This document shows, in pieces, positions 63,673 to 64,000 of a DNA stretch of 64,000 nucleotides. The DNA comes from Chrysomallon squamiferum (Eukaryota > Animalia > Mollusca). The first letter of the stretch is position 1. Each line of letters starts with the position of its first letter. The stretch spans positions 14,632,001 to 14,696,000 of the forward strand of contig CM022679.1 of the NCBI GenBank assembly GCA_012295275.1. The letters run 5' to 3'. The notes beneath the pieces were generated by a model. The model had not been told where the DNA came from. It saw nothing but the letters and a program-made list of their open reading frames with translations, and did not search any database. Both the position numbers and the translations under genes were made by a program.

Positions 63673-64000
63673 TTATTCTGTTTATTTAAAGCATAAATAA
63701 ACAGATTCTGTTTATTTATGCTTATTTACATACTTATTTATATATAAGCATAAATTAAAAACAGATTTGTGAATGCATTAAATAAATTAATTTAAAATAA
63801 ATAGAACTGTAGATATATTAAATAAATAAATAAAATAGTGGTTACACTGAGACTTTGTCCAAAAACAAACCGAGTCTTAAAAATATTCAGTGAAAAACAA
63901 TGATAGGGATCAAGTACAAATAATTATTGAATATATTTTTTAGAACAAGACTTTCTCCTGGCTGTGCTAAAATTGTTGTGTAATATAAATGATGTTTAAA

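Overview
Very AT-rich, microsatellite-laden animal genomic DNA with GT-AG introns. Gene content suggests a mollusc or other lophotrochozoan (inference). Five protein-coding loci can be reconstructed by hand. (1) Mitochondrial MTHFD2-like gene (-, 6 exons, 5466-12919). (2) Head-to-head with it, a RUFY (RUN-coiled coil-FYVE) gene (+, 16 exons, 13232-39208) with two alternative first exons and an apparent +1 frameshift in exon 13. (3) A GnRH/corazonin-family neuropeptide precursor nested antisense in RUFY intron 10. It has its own TATA/Inr, encodes an atypical peptide [17 protein letters not shown], and has an apparent +1 frameshift in the signal peptide. (4) An intronless, divergent Cys-loop cation-channel subunit (-, 44324-45475) lacking the ACh-binding residues. 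(5) The 3' half of GFAT/GFPT (-, running off the right edge), with a duplicated pair of 162-nt penultimate exons and a duplicated terminal exon with a remodelled catalytic C-tail. Also present: an orphan decayed copy of RUFY exon 4 at ~2.9 kb, several intronic minisatellites (two of which multiply splice-donor motifs) and degraded interspersed repeats. All homology calls come from recognition of motifs and recalled reference sequences; no search was run.
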